A DNA stretch of 64,000 bases from Candidatus Bathyarchaeia archaeon (GCA_049516875.1 JBEKSS010000007.1:128001-192000), one strand, 5' to 3'. Counted from the stretch's first letter, positions 48,062 to 58,736 are shown. The notes: generated by a model not told the origin, from the letters alone. Numbers and translations: made by a program.

Positions 48062-48442
48062 TCATGTTCTTGTTATTACGATAGTAGCGGTCGCGCCCAT
48101 GTCGGCGCTGACAGTGAAAACGTATGGCCCGTTTTGGGGGACTGTCCATCCGAAATTGTAGAAGGTTTGAGATTCTTGGTCTAGTAGTTTTACAGTTGGG
48201 GAGTTCTGCTGTGCGGCTGCTAAATTCACGAGTTGGCCGTTGCCTGAAACTTGGATTTGCAGTTGGTCGCCTTTGTTGAGTGCGAGATTGTATTGTGTTT
48301 CGTAGTCATTTTGAGTAAGAACGACAGTTTCGTTCAGAAGGACAGTTGGCTGCGTGGGATGAGCTACCCGTGGGGCCAAAAACATGAGGCTTAACACTAT
48401 GATAGCCAATGCAACGAGGAGAGATTGGACTTGGGTCATCAA
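48062..48442 (-). CDS. Small secreted/membrane-anchored beta-sandwich protein
   Basis: N-terminal hydrophobic helix, beta-rich body. Confidence 0.55.
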   Translation of the reverse strand: MMTQVQSLLVALAIIVLSLMFLAPRVAHPTQPTVLLNETVVLTQNDYETQYNLALNKGDQLQIQVSGNGQLVNLAAAQQNSPTVKLLDQESQTFYNFGWTVPQNGPYVFTVSADMGATATIVITRT

Positions 48443-48611
48443 GGTGTTTCTTGTAACCTCTTTCTGATCTTGGAGGAATTTTACTAGTTGTTTAGGAGCG
48501 ATTATGAGGTTTATGAAGAATCGATATAGATGCTGTATTCAGATTCTGGATATTCCTTCTGAAACATGATTTGGCGATAAGCGCTTTGTGTGTGCACGAA
48601 TAGGTGTGTGT

Positions 48612-49775
48612 CTATTCAGTGAGCGAATGATGCCAGTTGATTATGTATTCGGGGAGCCTGAGACCTCTTTCGCCCAGTCTCTCAACCAGTCTCACGGGCA
48701 ACGGGCTCAAAACATACGCAGCCCTCATGTAAAACCTCCTAGGTTGCCCCGGCTTGACTTCCTCCTCCATGCCTATGTGGAGGTCTGACTTTTCTTTTAG
48801 AGTGGACTTTCTAGTTCCAGTGATTGACAAAACTGTTCCGTTCATTTTCTTCAATATTTCACACCACGCTATGACAGGTTTGGTCTCGCCAGAGTAAGAA
48901 ACCAAGATTTCCAGGTCACCTGGCCTTGGCGGAGGAGTGTTTACACCCCTAGTGATGTAAACGTTGTCTCCGAGTGTGCTCTTGATGTGAAAGAGTCTTA
49001 CGGCAGCCATCTTGACTATCTCGTTTGCCGTACCTTTTCCACCAAGAAAGACGTCTGTCCGTTTTTCAAGGATGTCTATAAGTCGTGAGTAGGTTTCAGA
49101 TTCCGTTGTCGAGTCGATTATTGGTCCGAGCTTGGCGAACTCTTCTTCGCAGAGCTGAAGTATCTCATGTGCCTCAAGGTTTCGAAACATTGCCTCGGTC
49201 ATCATGCATAGAAGGAGGAGGCTTCCCAGCTCGAAGATGTCTCCCATGATGCCTGTCTCGCTGTAGTCGAGGGAGGGTTTGGCTCTACCTCGCCCTATCA
49301 ATTCGACAACGTGTCCGCATTTGTCGACAATCTCTGCGAGTGGTGAGTTCAAGTTGGAGGTTATGAGCCCCATGGAGAACTTGGAAGACTTCTTCTCGCC
49401 GATGTATTTTGAGAGGTCTTGGGCCATCACCAACGGATCGCCCGACACACCGCTTCCAGAGTTTATCAAGAGCAGGGTCTTGTTGTACCGCCTTTCGAAC
49501 TCGGCTGCAGCGTCATACATGTTCTTCCCCGGAAACCCTGGGTCGTCGGGAGTCAACACAACCTTATTTCTCCAGCCTATGTGGCTGATTGCTATTTGAC
49601 TCATTGCCGCGTTGAGCGAATACAACGATCTGCCCGATCCCCCGCAAACCACGCAGTCGGCTGACTTCAAGTCTTCGTACAGTAATGCCAACTCTCTTTT
49701 TTTGATATTGAGCAAGTTGTCTCTGATTCTGTTGATGTATCCGATGCGACTGACCTTGTTCCTTATCTCTATCAC
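48612..49775 (-). CDS. Tandem SIS-domain protein (Phi/HxlB-like)
   Basis: GSGRS...NSGSG and GKGTA...GDLEILVSYSGET..SITG motifs. Confidence 0.75.
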   Translation of the reverse strand: MIEIRNKVSRIGYINRIRDNLLNIKKRELALLYEDLKSADCVVCGGSGRSLYSLNAAMSQIAISHIGWRNKVVLTPDDPGFPGKNMYDAAAEFERRYNKTLLLINSGSGVSGDPLVMAQDLSKYIGEKKSSKFSMGLITSNLNSPLAEIVDKCGHVVELIGRGRAKPSLDYSETGIMGDIFELGSLLLLCMMTEAMFRNLEAHEILQLCEEEFAKLGPIIDSTTESETYSRLIDILEKRTDVFLGGKGTANEIVKMAAVRLFHIKSTLGDNVYITRGVNTPPPRPGDLEILVSYSGETKPVIAWCEILKKMNGTVLSITGTRKSTLKEKSDLHIGMEEEVKPGQPRRFYMRAAYVLSPLPVRLVERLGERGLRLPEYIINWHHSLTE

Positions 49776-49924
49776 GCTCGACTTGATCCAAGACTCGGCG
49801 ATTCTATATTTATCTTATGCGCACTAATTCAGGTCCTACCTCGCCAGAATCATGTATGTCCGACATAAACTTTTTTTGTTGGCTTTGCCTTTTGCTTTGA
49901 CCAGATGTGTTGTGGAAAGCGTAA

Positions 49925-50923
49925 GTGAAGCTTTTGGAAAAGGCTATTGAAACGAGTGAGCTTACAAGGCGTTTTGGCGGACTTGTGGCAGTTGACAAGC
50001 TCAACATTTCCGTTGAGCGGGGGGAAGTCTTCGGTCTGTTAGGGCCTAACGGTGCGGGGAAGACGACGACGATTTCGATGCTTTGCACTATTTTGAAGCC
50101 CACTTCGGGTTCGGCGAGGGTTAACGGTTTTGACGTTGTGAAGCAGGATACGCAGGTACGGAAGTCGATTGGCATTGTTTTTCAGGATCCAAGCATTGAT
50201 GACAGGCTTACGGGCAGGGAGAACCTTTACATGCACGCTAATCTGTATGGTGTGCCGCCGGGCGAGCAGAAGTCGCGCATTGACAGGGTTTTGAAGTTGG
50301 TTGAGCTTGAGGACAGGGCTGACGATCTCATGCGAACCTACAGTGGCGGGATGAGGCGTCGGTTAGAGATTGCAAGGGGGTTGATTCATTATCCGAAGGT
50401 TTTGTTTCTAGATGAGCCGACGATTGGGCTTGATCCTCAGACGCGGGAGCACATTTGGTCGTACATTGAGGATTTGAGGAAGGCTCATGATATTACTGTG
50501 GTTTTGACGACGCATTACATGGAGGAAGCGGACAGGCTTTCTGACCGTATAGCGATTATGGATTACGGTAAGATCGTGGCTTTGGACACGCCTGCTAAGC
50601 TTAAGGATACGCTTGAAGGCGACGTCATAACCGTCAAGACTAAGGAGGCTGCGAAGCTTTCTTCTGTTGTTGCTGTTACTGCAGGTGTTCTGAGGGCCAA
50701 TATAGTTGGCGATGGGCTTGAACTCACGGTTCGTGGTGGAAGGGCTCTTTTGCCCAGGATAGTGGAAGCCGCGGCGAAAAACGGAGTTTTTGTTGAGTCG
50801 GTTTCTCTGCGCGAGCCGAACCTTGCAGACGTTTTCTTGCATTACACTGGTCGTGCGATTCGGGCTGAAGGCGGTGATGAGCTTCACGGTTTGTCAGCGA
50901 TAAGGAGGAGGCGAATCAAATGA
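49925..50923 (+). CDS. DrrA-family ABC exporter ATPase
   Basis: GPNGAGKTT, YSGGMRRRLEIA, LDEPTIGLD, TTHYMEEA. Confidence 0.93.
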   Translation: MKLLEKAIETSELTRRFGGLVAVDKLNISVERGEVFGLLGPNGAGKTTTISMLCTILKPTSGSARVNGFDVVKQDTQVRKSIGIVFQDPSIDDRLTGRENLYMHANLYGVPPGEQKSRIDRVLKLVELEDRADDLMRTYSGGMRRRLEIARGLIHYPKVLFLDEPTIGLDPQTREHIWSYIEDLRKAHDITVVLTTHYMEEADRLSDRIAIMDYGKIVALDTPAKLKDTLEGDVITVKTKEAAKLSSVVAVTAGVLRANIVGDGLELTVRGGRALLPRIVEAAAKNGVFVESVSLREPNLADVFLHYTGRAIRAEGGDELHGLSAIRRRRIK

Positions 50924-51681
50924 CGGAGATCAGGGGCATTTACACGCTTTGGCTGCGTGAAATCAAACGTTACCTTAGGGACAGGGCGAGAATCGTGAGC
51001 AGCTTCGTCCAGCCGTTGCTTTGGCTGGTCATATTCGGCAGTGGCATCCGCTTCTCAGCAACTCAAATAGGCAACTTGACAACTCAGCAGTACATCTTCC
51101 CCGGAATTATCGGGCAGACGCTTCTGTTCACTTCAATGTTTATGGGCATATCTGTCATATGGGACAGAGAATTCGGTTTTTTGAAGGAGATACTTGTGGC
51201 ACCGATTTCACGTTTCTCAGTTTTCTTGGGCAAGATGTTGGGCGACAGTACGGATGCTGTGATCCAGGGAGTTATCGTTTTCGTGCTGGGTCTGCTGTTG
51301 GGTATAAGGTTGAATCTTCTGATGTTTTTAGAGGTTTTGCCAATCATGATTCTTGTAACGTTCGGACTGGTGAGCATAGGGCTCACAGTGGCCAGTTTCA
51401 TAGACAGCCTTGAGAGCTTCGGAGTAATACAGAGCTTCATAAACCTCCCCCTCTTCTTTCTCAGCGGCGCCCTTTTTCCACTACGCGGAGACATTCCAAT
51501 CTGGTTGCAAATCGCCTCAAGTTTCAACCCGCTAACCTACGGCGTGGACGCTTTGAGAACCATCATCTTGGGCAACGCATGGCCACCCTTGCACCCTCTA
51601 TACTACAACATCCTAATGATATGCGTCTTTGACGTTGCCATGATGACCATCGGAACTCTCGCCTTCAGCAGAAGAAAATAG
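50920..51681 (+). CDS. DrrB-family ABC-2 permease
   Basis: WLRE..R, WDREFGFLKE.LVAP, FLSGALFP, NPLTYGVD. Confidence 0.92.
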   Translation: MTEIRGIYTLWLREIKRYLRDRARIVSSFVQPLLWLVIFGSGIRFSATQIGNLTTQQYIFPGIIGQTLLFTSMFMGISVIWDREFGFLKEILVAPISRFSVFLGKMLGDSTDAVIQGVIVFVLGLLLGIRLNLLMFLEVLPIMILVTFGLVSIGLTVASFIDSLESFGVIQSFINLPLFFLSGALFPLRGDIPIWLQIASSFNPLTYGVDALRTIILGNAWPPLHPLYYNILMICVFDVAMMTIGTLAFSRRK

Positions 51682-51855
51682 CTGTTCCCCAAACATGCTC
51701 ATCACTTCGAGTGGCCATTCTTGCCAGCGTGGCCAATGGCAAAGTCCTAATAAACTACCACGTTAGCGGTTATGAGTTCAAATCTCACCTGCCCTATATT
51801 CTTGGCGAACCAAAAGCTTGGACTTCACACGCGCCTTCGAATTACTCTGATACGT

Positions 51856-53223
51856 TCATTTGCCTTTTCCAACGCCTCTGTACGTGAGTCCGGCTTTGAT
51901 TGCTGCGTCCTCAGCAAAGGCGTTTCTGCCGTCGATCAGAACAGGCGTTGCCATTTTCTTCTGCAGTTTGCCGAGATCCAGTTTCAGATACTCTTTGTGC
52001 TTCGTTGATAGAATCACTGCGTCCGCATCTGTTAATGCCTTGTCGAGGTCGTTTGTAAAGGGAAGGTCAAAGTTTCGCACGACGGGATCATGAAGCACAG
52101 GTTTTGCTCCTCGTTTCTTCAACTCTGCGAACAGAGTGGCTGAGGGAGTGTTTCTTGTGTCGTCGGAGTTTTCGATAAACGCCACACCGAGTATTGCTAC
52201 CTTTGCCCCTTTCAACTTCCTACCGTGCTCTGCCAGTGCATCCTCAACTAGGTCGACAACGTGTTTCGGCATCGAATCATTGAGTTCACGGCTGGAAACG
52301 ATGACTTTCGGCAAGAACTTGAATCTTCCATACTTGTCCAAACCGTACTTCAGCAGCCACGGATCTTTCGGCAGACAGTGCCCTCCCACACCCCCACCCG
52401 GATAATGCATATTTCTAATGGGATTTGACGCTGGATTTGCAGGGTCGTTGGGCAACATGTTTACGAGTTCGCGCACCTTGTAGGCGTCAACTCCGAGGCT
52501 TTCGCATATGAGCCCCACTTCGTTTGCGAAGGCGATGTTCACGTCTCTGTACGTGTTTTCCACCACCTTGGCCACTTCTGCCGTAAGAATATCCGTGGGG
52601 CAGAGCTTTGCCTTCACAATGTGCCCGTATAATTCCGTGGCGCGTTCAGTGCTCTCCTGGTTAATTCCTCCCACTACTCTCGGAAGATCCACGATGTTCC
52701 TGATCAGACGTCCTACCATTACTCTCTCGTAACAAAACGCCATGAAGAAGTCTTTCCCCGCCTTCATGCCTGAAGCCTTTTCCAGAAGAGGCTTCACAAC
52801 GTTATCGGTCGTGCCAGGAGCCACGGTCGACTCAATTACTACGAGCGCCCCTCGACGAATGTAGTTACCCACACTCGTGCTGACCTCTTCAACAGACTCA
52901 TTATTGGGAACCTTTTTCTCATCAACAGGTGTTTGAACATCTATCAGAACTGCGTCCGCATCCTCGCATGTTGACACGTTCTCCACAACTTTAAACGTGC
53001 CTTTCTTCACAACGCGGGCGATGAGTTCAGACAGTCCCGGCTCGTCTCCGCCGATAGGATTCTTGCCCTCGTTCAGCCAGTCAATCTTCCAGCCTGACCG
53101 TTTAGACCTACGCTGCACGCCCATGACACTGAAGCCTTCCACGTCAGCGAAGAGCGTTGCCACGGGGATTCCCACATAACCCATGCCTATAACTACGATC
53201 TTTCTTACCATGCACCATGCCAA
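51856..53223 (-). CDS. Nucleotide-sugar dehydrogenase (WecC-like), intact
   Basis: GMGYVG, ESTV.PG, AKVVENTYRDVNIA, GVGGHC. Confidence 0.92.
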   Translation of the reverse strand: MAWCMVRKIVVIGMGYVGIPVATLFADVEGFSVMGVQRRSKRSGWKIDWLNEGKNPIGGDEPGLSELIARVVKKGTFKVVENVSTCEDADAVLIDVQTPVDEKKVPNNESVEEVSTSVGNYIRRGALVVIESTVAPGTTDNVVKPLLEKASGMKAGKDFFMAFCYERVMVGRLIRNIVDLPRVVGGINQESTERATELYGHIVKAKLCPTDILTAEVAKVVENTYRDVNIAFANEVGLICESLGVDAYKVRELVNMLPNDPANPASNPIRNMHYPGGGVGGHCLPKDPWLLKYGLDKYGRFKFLPKVIVSSRELNDSMPKHVVDLVEDALAEHGRKLKGAKVAILGVAFIENSDDTRNTPSATLFAELKKRGAKPVLHDPVVRNFDLPFTNDLDKALTDADAVILSTKHKEYLKLDLGKLQKKMATPVLIDGRNAFAEDAAIKAGLTYRGVGKGK

Positions 53224-53276
53224 ATGAAAGTTGCCTATATCTTGCTTTCGCTTCTACACTACAAACCTAACCGCGC

Positions 53277-53780
53277 CTATTTCTTGCGTGTCTTTGGCGT
53301 CTGTGTAAGTTTGACGCCCACGGTTTTTGCCAATCGTTGCAGATCGTCGTCGTTCATCCATTCAGTCTTCAGGTATTCGCAGATTCTTTCATCGGTCATT
53401 CCTAGTCGTCTAGCTTCTTTAACCGCATGGCGGTAGGCTTCAACTTCTGTGGGCCTTTCAATGTATGCGTAGTCACTGTCAAACAGTTCTTTTCCTTCCA
53501 TAAACTGTTTGACGTGAACCAGCTCGTGGATCACGTCGAGGTAAATGTCAACCATGTTACCCTCATTCAAATACCGCGCGCCGATTATGAGATGCCCATC
53601 GGTCTCGCTCACTCCCATGTAACCTCTTATCCCAGCAAACTCAACCTTAAGGTTACCGAGCACCTTCTCAGTTTCTCCGCCAAAAACCTCTCTAACCGCT
53701 CCAATGTTTTCAAAACCCTTGAAATACTCCATGAAGGAATACGTCGCAATCTTGACGTTGCGCGGTATCTTGACGTTCAA
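53277..53780 (-). CDS. Small zincin-like metalloprotein
   Basis: IHELVHVKQ plus downstream EVEAY. Confidence 0.65.
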   Translation of the reverse strand: MNVKIPRNVKIATYSFMEYFKGFENIGAVREVFGGETEKVLGNLKVEFAGIRGYMGVSETDGHLIIGARYLNEGNMVDIYLDVIHELVHVKQFMEGKELFDSDYAYIERPTEVEAYRHAVKEARRLGMTDERICEYLKTEWMNDDDLQRLAKTVGVKLTQTPKTRKK

Positions 53781-54141
53781 CTGTGATTCTATTGCTGCCA
53801 GTCCTCCTGTTAGAGCCTATTTTGAAAGAACGCGAATTAGTAAAATATCTTTCTGAACCCCTGTAAATTTTTATTCATCCATCTTGCATCAAACTTACCG
53901 AGCTTTGATGCTGTGAGAACTAATCTAGAGGATAGCGCACGAACCCTAGAAATGCCTATTTTGCCGAAAGCTAAACGAGTCCCCCACCTATTTGGCAATT
54001 AGCCAAATCGCTTATCAGTACGTCCGTCTATGGTTGAAGTAATTGCACCATGGGAATCTTAGCGGTTTAGCTTAACGATTTGTGTTATGGTTTTTCCTCA
54101 GCATAGTCAAATCTAGGATACTGTCCACTTATTCGGGATGA

Positions 54142-54855
54142 TTAGCTCTGCGTAGAAACTTGTTGTGGTAGTGACCGTCCAGTTAAGAGAAAATAGAGTG
54201 AGATTAGAATAACCACTGTACTTCCACCGATTGCCGCCGTTAAGTAGCTCATAGTATCCGCATATTCAACTCCTAAAGCATAATGAAACAACATTGCTAT
54301 CCCAACAGCGAGAAAAGCACATAACACGACAACGGTCATAAATAGGGCAATCAACCCTAACACCTTATTGGAACGAATTTTATTCCAAAAACGTCTTAGC
54401 AAGCCACCTTTAGGTTTTGGCTTTTCTTCTAGGTTCTGAGGTGTTGGAATCGCTACTTCCTTTTCCTCTTGCCATGTTTCATAGATGCCGAAGAACACGG
54501 CTTTCCCAGTCAGAATTGAGTATCGATTATCTAGTACAGCATAATATCTGCCCACTGTTTGAGGCATGAATACTACTGTTCCAAAATTGAATCTTGGTGC
54601 TATCAGAAAAGCCGAACTAGGTTGTTTCAGCAACCATCTCTGAAAATTATCCTCATTCATTACTGAAAAGCCAATGTCGAGGTCAGTCCTACCAGTTGGT
54701 TGTATAACTCGTATTACGAAATTGATAACATCTTGTGGTTTTATTTCTGCAACATCAAACGGAATGCTATAAAATCCGTTTTGTCCAGCAGATAAAGAAA
54801 ATGAAGTTACAGGCAGAATTTCTTTTCTTCTTGCCTGTGTTATTTTGACAGACAA
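54142..54855 (-). CDS. Hypothetical membrane protein (beta-sandwich plus two C-terminal TMs)
   Basis: 237-aa ORF, GAGG RBS, GRYYAVLDNRYS GOLD-like pattern. Confidence 0.6.
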   Translation of the reverse strand: MSVKITQARRKEILPVTSFSLSAGQNGFYSIPFDVAEIKPQDVINFVIRVIQPTGRTDLDIGFSVMNEDNFQRWLLKQPSSAFLIAPRFNFGTVVFMPQTVGRYYAVLDNRYSILTGKAVFFGIYETWQEEKEVAIPTPQNLEEKPKPKGGLLRRFWNKIRSNKVLGLIALFMTVVVLCAFLAVGIAMLFHYALGVEYADTMSYLTAAIGGSTVVILISLYFLLTGRSLPQQVSTQS

Positions 54856-54992
54856 CTTATTTCCTCTCTGTTTTTCTCATATTCCTCTTTCAACTTCATA
54901 CATTGTATTTGCTCATAGAACATCTTTTCATAAACCCTAAATCGGATATGGACTATAACCAATGGTGTGTTCTAGAGGAGAAAGGGGGTGAT

Positions 54993-55658
54993 ATGATGAA
55001 AATTGGAAAGAACATGATTGTTGCTATAATGATTACCTTCTGCTTCACTGCCACAATGTTTATGGCAATACCCATAAGAAGCCAATCTACAAGTCAACCT
55101 GACCCATGGGCAGACGTGAGCGGTCCTACTGCTGGAGTTCCAGACGGAATAGTCAACATGAGAGATATAGCTTACGAAGTTGTTCATTTCAACGATAACG
55201 TAAGCAATATGACTAGAGACGTGAACGTGATAAACTGGCCAACCACACAGCCAGAACCAGCCTATCAAAGCTATGGAGTCTTCCTCTACATTCATCTCGA
55301 TGATGGGTATGGTGGAAGCAGCCAGTACATTCCTGTCTATGGGTATAGTCGAATGTTTCTAAGTATTGAATTAGTGAACGCGAGTTATCAAGGAGTGCCC
55401 TTTAATACAACGGTTTCTCTGTGGTCAGTAGGTTGGAGCGGTGATGAGAATTACACTTACGGAGGCTGGGAAAATGTTCTTCAGGGCGTCCTTAATGCCA
55501 CATACCTCGGCTATCAACTACCAGCGTACAGTCAACAAGCTCCTGCAGAATTCAGCACCAAGAACTCCTATTGCAATCTCATTTTCACGGCCGTGTCTAC
55601 GTTCGCAGGTTCTGTACAAATAGGATTCTACGTCCATGTGTACTTAAGAAACGAGTAA
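54993..55658 (+). CDS. Secreted protein with dockerin-like Ca-binding motif
   Basis: Signal peptide then ADVSG....PDGIVNMRDI; GGGGGTG RBS before ATG 54993. Confidence 0.65.
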   Translation: MMKIGKNMIVAIMITFCFTATMFMAIPIRSQSTSQPDPWADVSGPTAGVPDGIVNMRDIAYEVVHFNDNVSNMTRDVNVINWPTTQPEPAYQSYGVFLYIHLDDGYGGSSQYIPVYGYSRMFLSIELVNASYQGVPFNTTVSLWSVGWSGDENYTYGGWENVLQGVLNATYLGYQLPAYSQQAPAEFSTKNSYCNLIFTAVSTFAGSVQIGFYVHVYLRNE

Positions 55659-55776
55659 CCAAACCCCTTTTTTACTTTCTTTGTCAACAAAGCAGAAGTC
55701 AATCTACCAAAGACATGAAAGCTGTGCAGATTTGATTTCTCTCATATTCCTCTCTGAGTCTAGGTAGAGCCTTTTG

Positions 55777-56271
55777 TCATGCTGGAAAATTCATTATAGG
55801 CACAATAACTAAACGCAATAACCTCTTGTACAAGGGCTTCTTATTCTTCTTACGCCTTTGCCATATTGCCATTTGTAGAATGGCTGTATAGGGGGCTGGG
55901 TCTTCTTCCAAATAGGGAACCTTCGACTTAGAGTTAGCCTCATTAAAGAGTGGAATTGCGTCTTCTAGCGACATATGGATGGCGCCAGTAGCATAAGATG
56001 TCCAGTAAAATGTTCTCCAAACCATGTACACAAATACACAACCGATTGGAACGATCAGTAATAATGAGAAAATGACTTCGCTTGAGATATTCATAAAGAA
56101 ATTATTCCAACTAGAAATGAGAACTACTGAACCAATCATGATGGCAATTAGATAGCCAGCATGGTTTTGAACGTATGAATGGTATGAGATCAATAAGCAC
56201 CTTCTTGTTTCTTCAAACTCCTTATTGCATATTTCGTCCTTCTTTGCTACCCAAGGTTTCTTTCCACTCAT
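55777..56271 (-). CDS. Hypothetical membrane protein
   Basis: Two TM segments, GAGG RBS, AT-rich. Confidence 0.55.
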   Translation of the reverse strand: MSGKKPWVAKKDEICNKEFEETRRCLLISYHSYVQNHAGYLIAIMIGSVVLISSWNNFFMNISSEVIFSLLLIVPIGCVFVYMVWRTFYWTSYATGAIHMSLEDAIPLFNEANSKSKVPYLEEDPAPYTAILQMAIWQRRKKNKKPLYKRLLRLVIVPIMNFPA

Positions 56272-56408
56272 TTTTGAACCTCAGTTTGTCTTCTGTTGCT
56301 GTGCCGATTTAAGATTTCTGTCTTTGAGGTTTTACCTATGAGGGTTCTGATAACTCTTCGGGTTTTGCAAGTCAAAACTCTTCAGCGATAACTCTGGATA
56401 AGCTGTAA

Positions 56409-57500
56409 ATGTTTAAACAGTATTACTTAGAGAGTATGGCGGAAATTTACAAAAAACTAGAGTCAGAAGCGAGTACCGTTCGTTATATAGTTCTGGTTCT
56501 TCTAGGGGCTGGGATCAACTTCACCGTGGGATTCGGATTTATGCTATCAAGCCTAACTGCCCTAGTTCAGTCACCATCTCAGGCTCTCACATCTACTGGG
56601 CTCCCAACATCAGTAGTTATTCTAGTTGTCTTTTACTTTATAATAGGAGTAGTCTATTCGACCTCCATATCGCTAGCCTTTCAACCGAAGCGTATTATTT
56701 CTCCGCTGTACATCCAAATTACTACTTCAGCTTTTGTTCCTATCCTTATTCTGTCTATAGAACTGATGTCGCCAGTTCCCGATTGGGTTTCGTTTTCTGC
56801 GATTGCGCTCTTTTCTTTCCTGATTTCTTTCATACTGTTCTTTGTTGCAGGTCTTGGACAAACACCGATAGTGAGGTATTTAGTGGGTTTGAATGGAACT
56901 AAAGAAAACACTAATTCGTTCGGGCTAGTGATAGATGGTACGCTAGAGAATGTTCTGAAAATTATGAGAAATGATAGTTTTCAAGAAGCTCTCTCTATTG
57001 GAGAGGAACATAAAAATGGAGAGCATTCCTTCGTCTTCCGCACACTGTCAGCTAGAAAACAGCAACTTTTCATAGCTGTTATGACCGATCAAGACAATGA
57101 GAAAAAAACCCATCTAGCCACGGTGTCTTACGTACAGACATATTATGGAATATCCAAGACAGGAGATCTCATAGAAGAAGGGCGGAAATACACTGTCAGG
57201 AGGGCTTTGAGAAAAGCAAAACTCACATACGATGACGAAACTGACTCTCAAGCTCAGTTCGTTCCATATAATTATGCTCTTTCCATTACCGAATCGAAAC
57301 TCTTGACTCTCAGAAGTCTGCCACCTCACTCCAAAGCCATTCTTATAGGCTTGGGATTAATGTTTTTAATAATGACTGTCTTATGGAAATTCAACTTCAT
57401 TAGCCCCGAAATGGCCGAAACCTTCTGGATATTCGCTGGATTTGCAGCGTTGTTTGATCTATTGCCACTTCTGAAGACAAAACCAGAGAAGCAAAATTAG
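56409..57500 (+). CDS. Hypothetical multi-pass membrane protein
   Basis: ~4 N-terminal and 2 C-terminal TMs around a soluble domain. Confidence 0.6.
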   Translation: MFKQYYLESMAEIYKKLESEASTVRYIVLVLLGAGINFTVGFGFMLSSLTALVQSPSQALTSTGLPTSVVILVVFYFIIGVVYSTSISLAFQPKRIISPLYIQITTSAFVPILILSIELMSPVPDWVSFSAIALFSFLISFILFFVAGLGQTPIVRYLVGLNGTKENTNSFGLVIDGTLENVLKIMRNDSFQEALSIGEEHKNGEHSFVFRTLSARKQQLFIAVMTDQDNEKKTHLATVSYVQTYYGISKTGDLIEEGRKYTVRRALRKAKLTYDDETDSQAQFVPYNYALSITESKLLTLRSLPPHSKAILIGLGLMFLIMTVLWKFNFISPEMAETFWIFAGFAALFDLLPLLKTKPEKQN

Positions 57501-57896
57501 ATCAAGGTCAGTTCCTCTTTTTCTGTCTATCACTATACGTGACAAGGCCTGATCCATGGGAAAGCCATGGAGACATACACTTAATCTATTGCACACAAAC
57601 GGTACTCACAATACTTGAATCCGTGATTTAAGTTTGGGTTTGGGTTTTATCCAGTGTTCACTATTCTCCCTAAGATAGTTGGTTAGTCTCCTTCTAGGCA
57701 CTCAAACCAGATTTTTACCCACCTATCTGATTTGTCGAATAGAACTGCTAATCAGTTAACTCACTTGATAGGAACTTGTGGGGGTTTGATTGTTTTTACT
57801 TAACCCAAAATCTTTTCTTTTCAATTAGTAAAGTTTATGCTCCTGTGCAAGTCTTGACAATGGGCGAAAACCAATCTGACTGGCGGTTCTGTTCAC

Positions 57897-58736
57897 ATGT
57901 TTCACGTTAAAACCATGTCTCCAGAAGATTTCGAGTTTGCAGTTCAAATCACGGACCAGATGAACTGGAACCTGACAGCCGCGGACTTCGAATTCATGAT
58001 TGAACTTGAGCCTAACGGATGCTTCGTCCTGCTCGAAGATTCGGAAAGAATAGGTCTCGCCACAACCGTCAACTTCGGCACGGTAGCCTGGTTTGGAAAC
58101 CTAATCGTCAACGAAAGCCACCGAAAAAAAGGAGCAGGATCACTACTCGTCAAACACTCAGTCAAATATCTCACAAACCAACGCGCAAAAACCATCGGCC
58201 TGTACGCTTACATCGATAGAATCCCCTTCTACAAAAGACTCGGCTTCGAATGCGACTCGGAATTCACAGTCCTAGAGGGAAAAGGCTCTTCCTTGCCACT
58301 CAAACCCGCGGTCAGGAAAGCCAAGAAACAAGACCTACACGAGATCATCGAATTCGACCGTTCCTGTTTCGGCGCTTCTCGAAAAAAGCTGCTTGAACCC
58401 ATCATTCTCGACCCAGACAACCTTTGTTACACTTCAAACGAAGAGGGACGGATCATCGGCTATGCGGTAGCCAAGGTCTACAGGCACGTGGGTGAGATAG
58501 GGCCCCTAACATGCCAAAAGGAACGTGAAGACGTTGCCCTCAACCTTCTAATGACGGTTCTCGACAGGCTGGAAGGACGCGAGGTTTCCATGTACGTTCC
58601 CAACAAAGAGAGCACAATTCTGAACACGCTGAGAAAGTCAGGATTCACTGAGAGTTTTCGTGTGGCACGCATGTTTTTCGGGTCGCCCATCGTCAACGAC
58701 TGCATCTTTATGGCCGAATCATTGGAAAGAGGTTGA
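57897..58736 (+). CDS. Tandem GNAT acetyltransferase (YitH-like)
   Basis: LIV.ESHRKKGAGS.L, PFYKRLGF; second domain with IGPL. Confidence 0.88.
   Translation: MFHVKTMSPEDFEFAVQITDQMNWNLTAADFEFMIELEPNGCFVLLEDSERIGLATTVNFGTVAWFGNLIVNESHRKKGAGSLLVKHSVKYLTNQRAKTIGLYAYIDRIPFYKRLGFECDSEFTVLEGKGSSLPLKPAVRKAKKQDLHEIIEFDRSCFGASRKKLLEPIILDPDNLCYTSNEEGRIIGYAVAKVYRHVGEIGPLTCQKEREDVALNLLMTVLDRLEGREVSMYVPNKESTILNTLRKSGFTESFRVARMFFGSPIVNDCIFMAESLERG

Noticed and set aside
53945-53980. Inverted similarity to the tRNA-Leu downstream flank (TTTTGCCGAAA)
   Set aside because: Only 11 bp exact; too weak to define an element end.
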